64,000 nucleotides of DNA from Chlorokybus atmophyticus. Its lineage: Eukaryota; Plantae; Mesostigma and Chlorokybus algae. Every line of letters starts with the position of its first letter. Positions within the stretch are counted from its first letter, which is position 1. This document shows positions 9,568 through 21,699 of this stretch, piece after piece. The translations under genes and the position numbers were made by a program. Where the stretch lies: NCBI GenBank assembly GCA_009103225.1, contig RHPI01000401.1, forward strand, positions 1 through 64,000, given 5' to 3'. The notes below the pieces were generated by a model, which saw only the letters and a list, made by a program, of their open reading frames with translations, was not told the origin of the DNA and ran no database searches.

Positions 9568-12162
9568 TCACTGAGGTTGCCGCTGCTGCTGCTCTTTGTG
9601 CTCGCGCCGCTGCTTCCGCTGCTCCTTCTTTTGCTGGCACTGTTGCTTCCGCTGCTGCCGCTTCTGCTCACGCTCCTGAAAGAGTTGCTGCTTCAGCTGC
9701 TCCTGCTGCTCGAGTGTTGGCTGCTTGCCTATCACTGCTCGCTCACGCTCATGTTGACGTTTCTTAGCCAGTTTCTTGCTTTGCCGCCGATCATCAATGT
9801 GTTCACGTTTTTGCAACTTTAACATCTCCATGGAGTTTGCTTTGCGTGCGGAAAAATTCTCTCGATTGAGATGGTGCTTTTGCAAAGTCTCATTCAGCTC
9901 GTTTTCGTTTTGCTTGCAAGTGCGCACAAGCTCGTTGAACTGGTCATCCCGCCAATCCTGGTTCAAAGGACCCTTCGCAACGCAATTGCGCACTCCTTTC
10001 CTAAGCCCCTTGAGAAAAAGCTGTAGTTTGAGGGCATCATCCACCTGCAGCGCTGTCGCGTTGGCAACCATACACAGATGTTCGAACTGCGCGTGAAACT
10101 CCTCCACTTTGCGACCTGCCTGCCGCAGATGGCGCAGCTTCTTAAAAGCGCCGGCAGGGGTGTTGTCCATTTGCGAAGGAGCTCGGTTGCGAGTACGACG
10201 GCGTTTGCGCTTCTTGCTTGTGGTGGCACGACGAGGAACACCAGAGGAAAGACTACTGGTTGATGTGCCAGATTCATCAGAAGAGCTCTCATTGCCCTGC
10301 ATTGCATCAAGCTCGGTGCCACATTGCGCAACTCCACACTTGCTCTTGCACGCAGACAGCATGACAGTGCTCACCTGTCCATCAGCTGGGCTCATGGGTT
10401 CCGCCTGATTCTGGACTTCCACCTCAACCTCTTGGTTGACCTGTGCCTGCTTGGCCTTGGCCTCAGGCTGCTTCTCCCTGGCCTTGGCTTCAGCCAAAGT
10501 CTGCTCCTGCCTGGCCCTGGCTTCAGTCTCAGCCTGCTCTTGCCTGGCCCTGGCTTCAGTCTCAGCCTGCTCCTGCCTGGCCTTGGCTTCAGCATCAGCC
10601 TTGGTCTTCGCCTCGCCCGCCTGCCTGGCCTTGGCCTCAGCCTGCTCCTGCCTAGCCTTGGCCTGTGCTTGCTGCTTCAAGCTGGCCTCGACCTTCTTCA
10701 TGCACTCTGGACCCATCCTCAGCTTTGGCTTTTGGACCTTCGCGCTTGCCTGGGTCTCAACCTTGCCTTCTCCCTTGGCCTGGGCCTCAGCCTCTTGCAC
10801 ACACACAGCTTGCGACTGCACAGGGGGTCTACTTGAAGATGTAGGCGCCTGGAGTGGCGCCGATTTGGCACTGGGTGCTGATTGCGGAGGACCATCAGGG
10901 TACAGGCAGCGCAGGACTTCTGGTGGCATGTCACAGAGCTGCCATGAGAGCCTACCACTCGCATCGCCAAGAGACATGTAATGCGCGCATGCCTTGCTCC
11001 CGTCTGTATTGCCAATAATCACATGGCCAGCCACTTTCTGAACATCCTCGCCGATCAGCACCACAAGCTTGATACACTGCAGCTTTCCTTTGTCATCAGG
11101 TTTATAATACCTCCCGTCATCCCCTTTGCTGAGTACCCCCTTGTCCTCCGCTTATAGGATGTACTTGCAGTCACCAACCTCCTTGAGCTGCACGGTGCCA
11201 ATGCAAATGCCCAGTGTGTGCGCCAGCAGCGCCAATTGCAGTTGATCCGCATAAACACCCTCATGACTGATCACTTTCTTCAGAGCAACAACAGCTGCAT
11301 CACCTTCATCTTTTCCATCGAGAACCGTTGTTACCCGGAATTTCTTGGCGGCCTTCTTGTAGTCCTCGCCCATGTCACCAGAGGCCCCGTAGTTACGATA
11401 CGTCCGTAACCAACGAACGTTGACCTGGTCGGCACACATCTTGCGCAACTTGGCAGCTTGATCTCTCGTATGCAGCTCTTTGCCGTTGTCCAGCACGATG
11501 CTTCGCCAGAAAGCCTCGTTGTTGATTGCGCCCACGCGTTCCAGGCACGCAGCGTTGACGGGAGGGCGCGACTGGGCAATGCAAGAGTAGAAGCAGTTGC
11601 CATCAGCATAGGCGTCAAAGAGCCGCAGCTTTGTCTCATGCAGCAGCAGTCCAATCAGCTCCGCCTCATCGCCCGGTTGTGGAGGAGGTAGACCAGACTC
11701 CCAACGACCACCAGTAGATGCACGACCCGTTGATGTGCCCACTTCAGCTTCAGGTTCTCCGACAAAGTTCCCAAGGTCAATACTCGCAGCTGCTGCCTGC
11801 TTGTCACACAGCTTGCTGAGCTGCCGCCGCAAGAACTGATCCAACTTGACTCTCCATTCATGCGAGAGGGCGAGCAAATCAGCTTTCTCCAACCGCTGCT
11901 TGTATTTGACCACCAGCTCTTCCCATGTAGGGCAGTCTTCCTTTTCCTCTCTCCATACTTTTGCATAACCTACGCAAAGGGCCTTGAAATCATTGAAAAC
12001 CTCTTCGTCGGTCTTGTTTGCCCGGATCTGCGGCTTCTTCACCTCTTTTCCTGGTTGCAATGACCGGTATGAGCACGAGTTGGTGTGAGAAAGTTTACAC
12101 ATTCCAAGAGTACCTGCACGCTGCTGCTGACCACTTGGCAAGACCTTCTGCTTTGGTGCCAT
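9568..12162 (-). pseudogene. OTU deubiquitinase + repetitive coiled coil + retrotransposon Gag-like domain; one in-frame TAA
   Basis: The 364-aa and 498-aa ORFs are in the same frame, separated only by TAA at 11152-11154. OTU motifs AYADGNCFYSCIA, GVYADQLQLALLA and AHYMSL. Gag-like AFKKLRHLRQAGRKVEEFHAQFEHL...LFLKGLRKGVR. Confidence 0.8.
10440..10690 (-). repeat. Coding tandem repeat, 33-bp unit (about 11 aa, AETEARARQEQ-like)
   Basis: CTGCCTGGCC(C/T)TGGCTTCAG recurs with 33-bp spacing at about 10508, 10541 and 10574. Confidence 0.8.
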
Positions 12163-12247
12163 TATGAACAACCTGTGTCGACACACACAGAAAAACTTAC
12201 AAGCAGACACGAAATGATCAAGTGAGCCAAGTTTGGAACTGAGCAAG

Positions 12248-13372
12248 CAGGGACCTTACGCACGAGGCTGCCCCATGAGGTCAGCATGAACAGAGGCGTG
12301 AATTGACAACATGCAAGACAAGGTTTGCTTGAGGTCAGCATGAGCATGCAGGGGCCTTACGCACGAGGCTGCCCCATGAGGTCAGCATGAACAGAGGCGT
12401 GAATTGACGACATGCAAGACAAGGTTTGCTTGAGGTCAGCATGAGCATGCAGGGGCCTTACGCACGAGGCTGCCCCATGAGGTCAGCATAAACAGAGGCG
12501 TGAATTGACGACATGCTAGACAAGGTTTGCTTGAGGTCAGCATGAGCATGCAGGGGCCTTACGCACGAGGCTGCCCCATGAGGTCAGCATGAGCATGCAG
12601 GGGCCTTACGCACGAGGCTGCCCCATGAGGTCAGCATGAACAGAGGCGTGAATTGACAACATGCAAGACAAGGTTTGCTTGAGGTCAGCATGAGCATGCA
12701 GGGGCCTTACGCACGAGGCTGCCCAATGAGGTCAGCATGAACAGAGGCGTGGATTGACAACATGCAAGACAAGGTTTGCTTGAGGTCAGCATGAGCATGC
12801 AGGGGCCTTACGCACGAGGCTGCCCCATGAGGTCAGCATGAACAGAGGCGTGAATTGACAACATGCAAGACAAGGTTTGCTTGAGGTCAGCATGAGCATG
12901 CAGGGGCCTTACGCACGAGGCTGCCCCATGAGGTCAGCATGAGCATGCAGGGGCCTTACGCACGAGGCTGCCCCATGAGGTCAGCATGAACAGAGGCGTG
13001 AATTGACAACATGCAAGACAAGGTTTGCTTGAGGTCAGCATGAGCATGCAGGGGCCTTACGCACGAGGCTGCCCCATGAGGTCAGCATGAGCATGCAGGG
13101 GCCTTACGCACGAGGCTGCCCCATGAGGTCAGCATGAACAGAGGCGTGAATTGACAACATGCAAGACAAGGTTTGCTTGAGGTCAGCATGAGCATGCAGG
13201 GGCCTTACGCACGAGGCTGCCCCATGAGGTCAGCATGAGCATGCAGGGGCCTTACGCACGAGGCTGCCCCATGAGGTCAGCATGAACAGAGGCGTAAAAA
13301 CGACAACATGCAAGACAAAATTTGCTGCAATATAGCCTGAGCATGCAGGGGCCTTACGCACGAGGCTGCCCC
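12248..13372 (-). repeat. Tandem array of 101-bp and 47-bp units sharing one core; 14 cores
   Basis: CTTACGCACGAGGCTGCCCC starts at 12255, 12356, 12457, 12558, 12605, 12706, 12807, 12908, 12955, 13056, 13103, 13204, 13251 and 13353. Confidence 0.95.
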
Positions 13373-14378
13373 CTACGATCAGCATGAGCAAGAATGGGCC
13401 TTGAGAGCGGTCAGCAAAACAAGCGCAAACAAAGAGGAGCGCGGCATGCACTACACCTGGCTTGCGAATTCTTCAAACCCTACCAAGCTGCCTATGAAGC
13501 TGCAAGAGAGATCTACACAAAGCGGTTGGAGCACCGATGCGAAACGGCTTGCAGTACACCACCACAGCAACCACGCCGCCTCCCGCTCACACCGCCGCCA
13601 CCACCGGCCGCCGCCACCGCCGCCACAACCGCCGCCTCAAACCACGTCACGCAAAAAATGCTGCACTACTGCAGGTGCTCAACTCCAAACCCTACAACCG
13701 TGCACTATTCATTGAAGCAACCCTGTACCGCGCGGCAGGCGGCGCTGTACTGGGCAAGGGTCATTGAATGATGTATTGCAAATTGGGTGCAATCGATCCA
13801 TCTGTAAAAATGCATGTAGAGGGTATGAATTGCACCAGGTAGTCCTATATGCAGCAACCAGGTATAGGCCGTCACTATAGAACAACCACATGGAAACAAA
13901 GACAGTAGATGCACATGTGAAGGTTGTGTAATTTTGTGCGTGGTACAAGTGCACATACAATTCCAGCACTTGCACTAGACCAGCCCCCCTAGCTGTAGTT
14001 GTTGTGGTTGTGCCTGGTGTTGCTGGTTAATGTGACGGCTGGTGCACGGTGTGTGTTGATTGGGGGCGCCGTTATTTTCCTTAAACAATGTGGCGTGCAT
14101 ATGCGCATGCATTAGATATGTAACAGACTACGCATGTAAGCATGTTGCGTACAGAAAACGCAAGACATGCGTGTGATGGAGTACCCCGTATGCACAGACA
14201 GCAGCCGCTATAACAGCAGGTTCTCATTGCAGGCAGGCAGGAAGCACATGTATACAACGCCACTGGCCTATTGGAACTGGTCTTATGGCCCACTGATCGA
14301 GCAGCTAGGGGCCTACTGGAACCTCAACAGCAAGACATTGAAAGAGCAGCTATGTACAAGGTGAAAACTGCTGCTGAC

Positions 14379-14830
14379 TCAATTGGAGTAGTCATAGCCG
14401 TGACCATCGCTGTCGTAGTCTCCCATGGTGGCCTCGTTATACTCCGACAGCTCGCTATCGGATGCAGCGAGTGCCAGAAAGAGGTTGTAAATCTCCTCCC
14501 TCACGTTATCGGGGAGATTGGGCACCCTCCGTATGCGATAGCGCATGCGACGGAACTTGTACTTGTAGCGGGCGGCATATACATTCTCCGCTATAACATC
14601 CTCCAGTTCTACACCAAGCCTGTCTATCTCTTGACGCTGTGCAGACACCTGCGTTGCTAGAGTTTGGTCACAATGCATGCTACCAACAGATATCAGCAGC
14701 TTACAGATAGTGCAAGTCATACCTTCCTGCGCAAGTCGGCAACGGTTTGCCGCAGCTCTCTCACGTCGTGGCGCAGCCAAGCCGATATGCACAAGCATGC
14801 ATGCCAACAGAGACGTATACAAACCAGAGC
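14379..14830 (-). CDS. Small coiled-coil protein of unknown function; 5' end uncertain
   Basis: A phase-0 intron joins WLRHDVRELRQTVADLRRK to VSAQRQEIDRLGVELEDVIAEN...DYSN*. Confidence 0.4.
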
Positions 14831-15330
14831 AAGCCTGCACAACAAGAAGGTTTACACACAGTGAGGTGGAATACCAGATCAAAGGGCGTGGCGGCGAGGG
14901 AAGAAGGCGACGGCGCATGCCAACAGAGACTGGGCAAGAAGAGGCTGGCCGTGCGTTGACTAACTTGGTCAACACACAAACACATATGCACACACACATG
15001 CACAGACAATGAAGCATCTCAACTTTGTGCATACACAAACCAGAGCAAGCCTGCACAACAAGAAGGTTTACACACAGTGAGGTGGAATACCAGATCAAGG
15101 GCGTGGCGTCGAGGGAAGAAGGCGACGGCGCATGCCAACAGAGACTGGGCAAGAAGAGGCTGGCCGTGCGTTGACTAACTTGGTCAACACACAAACACAT
15201 ATGCACACACACATGCACAGACAATGAAGCATCTCAACTTTGTGCATACACAAACCAGAGCAAGCCTGCACAACAAGAAGGTTTACACACAGTGAGGTGG
15301 AATACCAGATCAAAGGGCGTGGCGGCGAGG
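14815..15330. repeat. Tandem repeat, about 215-bp unit, about 2.4 copies
   Basis: AAACCAGAGCAAGCCTGCACAACAAGAAGG starts at 14821, 15037 and 15252. Confidence 0.9.
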
Positions 15331-16068
15331 GAAGAAGCACTGTGGGAAGAGGGACGGCGGCGGCGCCATTGGAAACAAGACTACAACTGCAACAACCTTG
15401 ACGCCCACATGCACACAACCGGCGTGGACGAGGGTTTCATAATGTGGCACCCTGTCAAGTCTCAGCCCATTGCTGAAAGCCTAGTGCGTCGGCAGAGGAC
15501 TGAGAATTGACAGTCGCAAAGTCACCCCCGACGCTGCCGCGCACGCCGTTGATACTGCCGCCGACCACGCCGCCCGCAACTCCAAACCCTAATTCGTACC
15601 TGATCGGTCCTGTTGAGCGATATTCTTGTACCTGACACCCGCCTCTTAAATTGGAGGGGTGTAACAGCTGGCCAAACGGCTGTTTCCTCAACTCGGTGCA
15701 AATAGGCTGCAATTTATGCTGATTGTGGCGGTGAGTCTGACAAGCCTGAGTTGATAAGTAGCCCTGATGGGTATCATGTCGCTGTCACCCACGCCGCCAT
15801 AGCCATGGCTAGCCATGATAGAGCGCCCATGTTCTTGTGGGGAAGTCCCGTGCCGCCGCCGGTGCTAGTCTTTGTTGAGGAAGTCCCGTGCCGCCGCCCT
15901 CGCCGGTAAGCAGCTGATGGTCACCTGCGCTTGGGAGCGCTTGCTTGCTTGGTTTGTTTGCTTACTTGAACATCTGTGCGTGTGCCGGTGTGTGTGTGTG
16001 TGTGCATGTGTGTGTGGGTGGGTGGGTTGGGCTTGTGTTGTTACTTCTCGTGGTTGGGGCAAAACGCT

Positions 16069-17356
16069 GGGGCAGCCTCGTGCGTAAGGCCTCGGTGACC
16101 TTCCCTGCGCCCTTGCACAAGTTGGTTGGGGGAAAACGCTGGGGCAGCCTCGTGCGTAAGGCCTCGGTGTCCAGGTTGCATGCTTGCATTATGCGTGTGG
16201 TTTTCAGTTTCAGTAGTTTTGCGGTGGTCACCTGCGCTTGGGTGCGATTGCTTGGATGGTTTACTTGCTTGCCTTCACATATGTGCGTGTGCTGGTGTCT
16301 GTGTGTGTGTGTGGTGGTTGGGGGGTGGGGGCTTGGGCTTGTGTCGTTGCTTGTCGTGGTGTGTAAGTTTCCTTCAATTGCAAGCCCGTGAACTCAGTCA
16401 TACCTGCGTGCATGTACATGCAGGTCATGAAAGCATCCGCGAGCGGAAGCCTGGCAAAGCGTCCCAAGACGCATTCAAAGACGCCTCAGCCATTGCCATA
16501 CATGAGTCCAGAATTGACTGACAAACTTCTCCAGGTGGGCAAGCGCCCGGGGAAGGTGCAGCGCTGGTTGGGGAAGGTTAGCATCGGTGACGGATACAAG
16601 CAGTGCAAGCTTGATGACTGGGCGGTATCCACGCATGGCTACGAGGACACTGGCCCTTTGGCTATTCGAACCGTTGTGAAGGGTCCAGTGACGTGCAATG
16701 TATCGCAGCATGAGAGAGCCACCAGCCCGGCGGCGCCGCCCGACCCTGTGCCCGACCCTGAGCCCGCTCCCATGCCACTGCTCACGTCCTTCGATGTTGG
16801 CGTCATTGGCTACACTGCTGTGCGTCTCACCATCGAGACCGTCAATCAGACTCCAGTTGGCTGGAGCCTTGCATCGGGATCAGTTGTGGGGGATGTGCTG
16901 CGCGCAGGGCCGATCATACCTATCGTGGATGGACCTTGGCCCATGCAGCTACCCGAGGCCCAGTGACTCTGTGCACATGCAATGCGTGTACAGTTTTGTG
17001 CAGGTTCAGGCTGTCATAGTGGTGCTGTCTGAGCCATGTACCAGGTTCAGCAGTGACCTTGGCCAGTGACATTGGCGAGCAAGCCCTTGGCCCCATATAT
17101 ATATATATTCTTGCATGTAAGTATGTGTAGATGCATGTGTGCGATCAGTCTGCAGCACTGCATCAAAGAATGCAATGGTGGGAGTACAACTTAGGCTGTG
17201 TACATGGTCTGCTGATGTCCGTCACAGATTGCATTCCCCGACATGTGTTGGTGTATGTGCTGGGGCAGCCTCGTGCGTAAGGCCTCGGTGTCCTTCCCTG
17301 TGCCCTTGCACAAGTTGGTTGGCGCAAAACGCTGGGGCAGCCTCGTGCGTAAGGCC
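16069..17356 (+). repeat. Four further copies of the GGGGCAGCCTCGTGCGTAAGGCC core, inverted relative to the 12-13 kb array
   Basis: CCTCGTGC at 16076, 16148, 17269 and 17341, as two pairs each 72 bp apart. Confidence 0.9.
16427..16966 (+). CDS. Hypothetical protein, about 179 aa
   Basis: ATG directly after a TGCAG acceptor; uninterrupted, protein-like ORF; no motif recognised. Confidence 0.45.
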   Translation: MKASASGSLAKRPKTHSKTPQPLPYMSPELTDKLLQVGKRPGKVQRWLGKVSIGDGYKQCKLDDWAVSTHGYEDTGPLAIRTVVKGPVTCNVSQHERATSPAAPPDPVPDPEPAPMPLLTSFDVGVIGYTAVRLTIETVNQTPVGWSLASGSVVGDVLRAGPIIPIVDGPWPMQLPEAQ

Positions 17357-17415
17357 TCGGTGTCCAGGTTGCATTCTTCTTGTAAATGCGTCTGCAGTTG
17401 TGATGGTTGTGGGTG

Positions 17416-17503
17416 AGTTGTCAACTACTACTACCAGTGGGGCTCGCAACAACCACATTAGTGTGGAATTCGTGAGCCACACTGGCAGTAGTAGTTGACA
17501 ACT
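17416..17503. repeat. Compact 88-bp inverted repeat with 30-bp arms (2 mismatches)
   Basis: AGTTGTCAACTACTACTACCAGTGGGGCTC at 17416-17445 versus its near reverse complement at 17474-17503. Confidence 0.9.
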
Positions 17504-18237
17504 ACGGGTTGTAGCTCCGCCTAAACAGATGTTCGAGTTATTTATTCTTTATTATCGCAATTTGGTACACTATAGTACATAAGCAATTTGGTACACTATA
17601 GTACACAAATGCAACATTATTCATTGTCATCTTTGTGCTTGTGACAGGCGGCATTTATTATGGTAGGTCGGAGACAGAGTCGTGAGTCGTGAGTCGTGAC
17701 TGGGGGAGGTCGGAGACAGAGTCGTGAGTCGTGACTGGTGTCTGATAAGCACATTTGCTGACGTGTCGAGCAGAATGCACAATCGATTCCATACGCACGG
17801 CAGTACCCTACGCAGTGCTTGTTGCTCGTGGTGTTGGCGGCGGCGACGACGGCGGTAGGTGAGCGGCTGCTAGCGGCACACTTGTCTGTCTCACTGTGCT
17901 GCTATCGGTTTCATGCTCAATTCCTCATGACCATAAAGCACAGCTTTCTTGTAGACATGCAGGCAAGGTTTGTGCATGCACTGGCATTTGCCGGCTAGCT
18001 TGCTGTTCAGCTGCACTAAGTCATGTTAGCAGCTGGCAGGGAGCTGAACGACGTGCTTCGGCAAGGTAAAGTACAGTTTGCTTGATGTGTGAAGTACATG
18101 CACATGGCCAAGCAGCTGCAGGCAACTGAGGCAGTTAACTGAGGTTTCTGGTTGAACAGTGTTGCGGTTGTGCACAGCTTGACAAGCAGTTTGACCTACT
18201 AGTTTGACCTACTCAATACACAGGTGGAGCAGTGGTC

Positions 18238-20908
18238 ATGTCAGGCACGACGTCTGGTGGGCGGTCTAGCGACCTGAGTGGAGGCTGGGAAAGCTTGGAC
18301 GATGAGATCTGGGGCAAAAGTGCTGGTGCACCATCAGATGAGCAGCTCCAGCGTGAGTGGGAAAAATCTGAGAAGACGGCTCACCTCCGCGACCTTGAGA
18401 CCACAGCAATGATGCCCTTGAAAGTGAGCTTACAATGATGTGCAAGCAACCACTATCAATATGAGCATGTGCTGCCGGAGTCTGTCTCGATTTTTGAGGT
18501 TTGCACAAGCAACTCACACTGTTGATATTGTTGTAACAGCGCTCTAGTATGCAATATTTGCACTGTGTAGGCACTAAAGGTCCTTCATTGGCGTGGTCAG
18601 CATCATACCAGTGATCGCCGCGATATCACAAAGCTGGCGGACAAGGGCCGGATTTGCTATGAGTACTGTCGTTTGCTACCGGGGAAGACCCAGACGAAAC
18701 AGGACCCACTTAAGTTTGCTCTTGCAGTTACATGCTGGCATCTGCTTCATCCAGAGTTCCGTCCTGAAAAGGTTGGCAAGGTTGTCAGAGTGTCACCAGC
18801 TGTCGAGCAGCATAGTTCAAGCTTGAAGGATATGGCATTCGGTGGCAGTCACCACTCTGGGCCTGGTGCAGGCAAAAACAATAATTCAGGACTTTCTTAC
18901 CAACAAAAAGGCATATACCAACGCCAAGCACAAAGAAAGGCAGAGACAGAAGAGTAGGGAACGTTACAAGGAGATGATAGAGCGCGCTGAAGCAGGGGGG
19001 TTTGAGCGAAAGCGCAAGGGAGCGCCCAGGGACAAGAACAACAAGGTGTGTGCCATGCAGTGACTGAGTTGTCTGTGCAATGTTTGCATGTCTTAAGTGC
19101 TTTTGCCATGTGCATAATTGCAGGTCAAAGACAAGTCAAAGGCAAGAGACAGCTCCTCGCTGCACCACTCTGCCAGCGACGCCGAGAATGCCACCTCACA
19201 GGGTGAGCTACGGTTTGGTAAATGACTATGTTGAGAACGAAACGCTTTGTGTTTGATGGTGCCTTATGTATGCAGGGTGTGAGGTGTGTATGATAGTCCC
19301 TTGTGCATGCACGGCGCCCACGCGTTCACCTCCCGCCAGCAACACCAGCGACGACCGAAATGTCACCTCGCAGCGTGAGCCATGTTTTGCGCGCGCGAGT
19401 CGCTACGGGAGGTATTGTGTATACACTGTTCTGATCGGTGCCTTGTGCGTGCGATAGGTAACAAGGAAGGCACTGCGCCACAACCCACAAGGTCACCCGC
19501 TACTGGTTCACAGGTTAGATGTCTGTCATCATTACACGAGCAGCCAAATGCTTGTACTCTCCTGTACATGTCATCATGACCGTTCATGGCTGTTGTGTTC
19601 AGGCACCTGCCAAACAAGATGCTGATGTGCGTGATACCAGCTCAGCTCTCAAGGTATGCAACAACGACTGGAGCAAGTACTTAACAAGCATATCAGTTTT
19701 TGCAACCGAAATCGCACCACATGTAGACACAGGACGCCGCGAATGTCATGGAGCTCATGAAAGAAAAGGAAGGCAGAGGGCAAGGGAAGCGCAAAGTGTC
19801 TGGTGATGTACGCACCACTCTGCTTCACAACAAATGGCGTAGCATTACGTTGTGGCTCACAATCTGATGTGTATGCCGTTGGCAGGAGACTGAGGTGTTA
19901 AGCCCCCAAAAGAAAGCAAAGACTGTTCGCTCAATTCCGGCTCCCTACAAGTCTAAGGAGGCAGGCCCCTCGTCTGGCAAGCAGGAGAAGATGTTGGATC
20001 AAAAGAGGGGCAAGCAAAAAGAGGTATGAAGGACCATCTATGTGCGCTTATGGGCTTCTTGGATTCTTCTGGTTGCGGAAAAACTGTCACTGCAGCAGAC
20101 TCGCATGCATGCCTATCAATTGTAAGCTTGATAACACGGCGTGCCACCTGGTTGCACAGGATGAGCCATCGTATTCAAAAGTATCCGAGACAGACAAAAG
20201 CGAGGACAACGATGAAGATGGCGCCAAGGACGATGCGAACAGCCCCAACGACAGTGACAACGACTCCCAAAAGGCAGGTTTTTTTGCAAGCGCTATATAG
20301 GATAGTGCATCTGTGTATGTGTTTGCCAGTTGATGTGTTTGTCACTTGCATGCGCAGGAAGACCTGAGCGACAAGGATGACACTGCACCGACGATGAAGG
20401 TTGGTGATGAAGTCAAGTTGTTCATCGATGGGCGCAAGGAGCCAGTAGGGGAGGCGCACGTAAGCGACATCAAGCCCGTCAACAAGTTTTATGGCAAGAA
20501 GATTGGAGAGGGTAACATGGTGGTCCAGTTCAGCCGCAGTCTTCACATCACTAGGACCTGACGTCCTGGTGCAGGGGAAGAAGAGGTTGTGCCTTTGCCA
20601 ATCAGCTTCAAGCGTGATGGGGTTGGAGTGCAAGTGACCCACTTGAGAGGTGAACGATGATTGCGTGCTGACTGTGCGTGCGTTATGACAACACACTGCG
20701 TCTGACGTATTCATGTGTGGTTGATGCATGTGAAGAGTGCGAGGCGGGGTTGTTGCTACTTTGGCCTACTAGGTTGATGAAGACCATCAAGGTGAGGGAG
20801 CTGCCAGCAAAGGAAGGCACATCCACACCGCGGGGGAGAGGCCGTGGGAAGGGGAGTTGGGGTGGTCGGGGTGGTCGGGGTGGTCGGGGGCGAAGCAGCA
20901 GGAAGTAG
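18238..20908 (+). pseudogene. TnpA/Tnp1-like CACTA accessory protein; multi-exon, disrupted
   Basis: Many short GT-AG introns and acidic/basic low-complexity exons. C-terminal KVGDEVKLFIDGRKEPVGEAHVSDIKPVNKFYGKKIGEGNMVVQF...GLLLLWPTRL resembles the En/Spm Tnp1-like C-terminal domain, followed by an RG-rich tail. Apparent frameshift near 18840 and TGA at 20559-20561. Confidence 0.55.
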
Positions 20909-21699
20909 ATATTGCCGCAGGAGATTTCCACCTGCAAGTGCAGCTCTGGGTAGCAGACATACATTGTAGTCAGCATTGAATGTGTTGTTGTAAGTCGGCT
21001 GCCATTCAGCTGACATTGCTGGGCTGGCTGGACGGACTTCTGTGAATATTATCAGTAGCACTGCATATATGGGTCTTGTTCTACTCAAAATCACTTGAAC
21101 ATTCATAGTAACATTGACGGTCGTAAAACAGCAGCTTACCATTGTTTAACTTCATTGCCATTGAATAACTACTCACATGTAGGACTTTGCCATGTCACTG
21201 GAATAGCTGGTGACACTGTGAGTGAGTAAGGGCTCTGCATCTGAGAGCTTGTGAAGTGACTTGAACTGCAAGCACGCCGTCCCGGTTGCGAAGATGTCCC
21301 TCACCGCGTGAGACATTGTGCATGCTCTTGTGCTTATCATTGCTGCGAGCTTGGCGGCAGTGTGTGGTTGTGGTAGTCAGAGTATAGCATCCACGTGTTG
21401 CTTGTTCATTCACCTCACTTAAAAGTGTAGCACTTTATCCACTCATGCAAAGAACTGTGTAAACAGCACTATCTATAGTAGTGGCTTATTGACTCACAGT
21501 GTCACCCTCTTTGCTCAAGTGAGTGTGTCGCATTTTGCATAAGACAGTGCAGTCTGCAATTGGGGATACATCTCTGTGCATTTGTTCTCACTAACATCAC
21601 ATAGTGCGCACAAGCACTAGTGTGTTGAGTGGTAGCAGCATCAAGATAAGGTGGTAGAGCACAAACACTCTACCCTGCATACACTTCCACCTCTAGACC

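Larger units (their letters stand above)
795..20908. mobile_element. Large CACTA/EnSpm (CMC)-type DNA transposon region with cargo genes; termini not located
   Basis: Tnp2-family transposase at 2.9-7.5 kb and a TnpA-like gene at 18.2-20.9 kb bracket densely packed cargo genes with similar short introns. No matched CACTA...TAGTG terminal pair identified, so boundaries are inferred. Confidence 0.65.

Noticed and set aside
9850-10130. Nested LTR retrotransposon at the Gag-like segment
   Set aside because: No LTRs, protease, RT or integrase nearby; the segment lies within the continuous OTU reading frame.
12248-13372. CRISPR-like array
   Set aside because: Sequences between the cores are near-identical rather than unique spacers, there are no cas genes, and the context is eukaryotic.
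21468-21625. CACTA/TAGTG words as the element's right terminus
   Set aside because: Five-base matches with no partner TIR or TSD visible; expected by chance.
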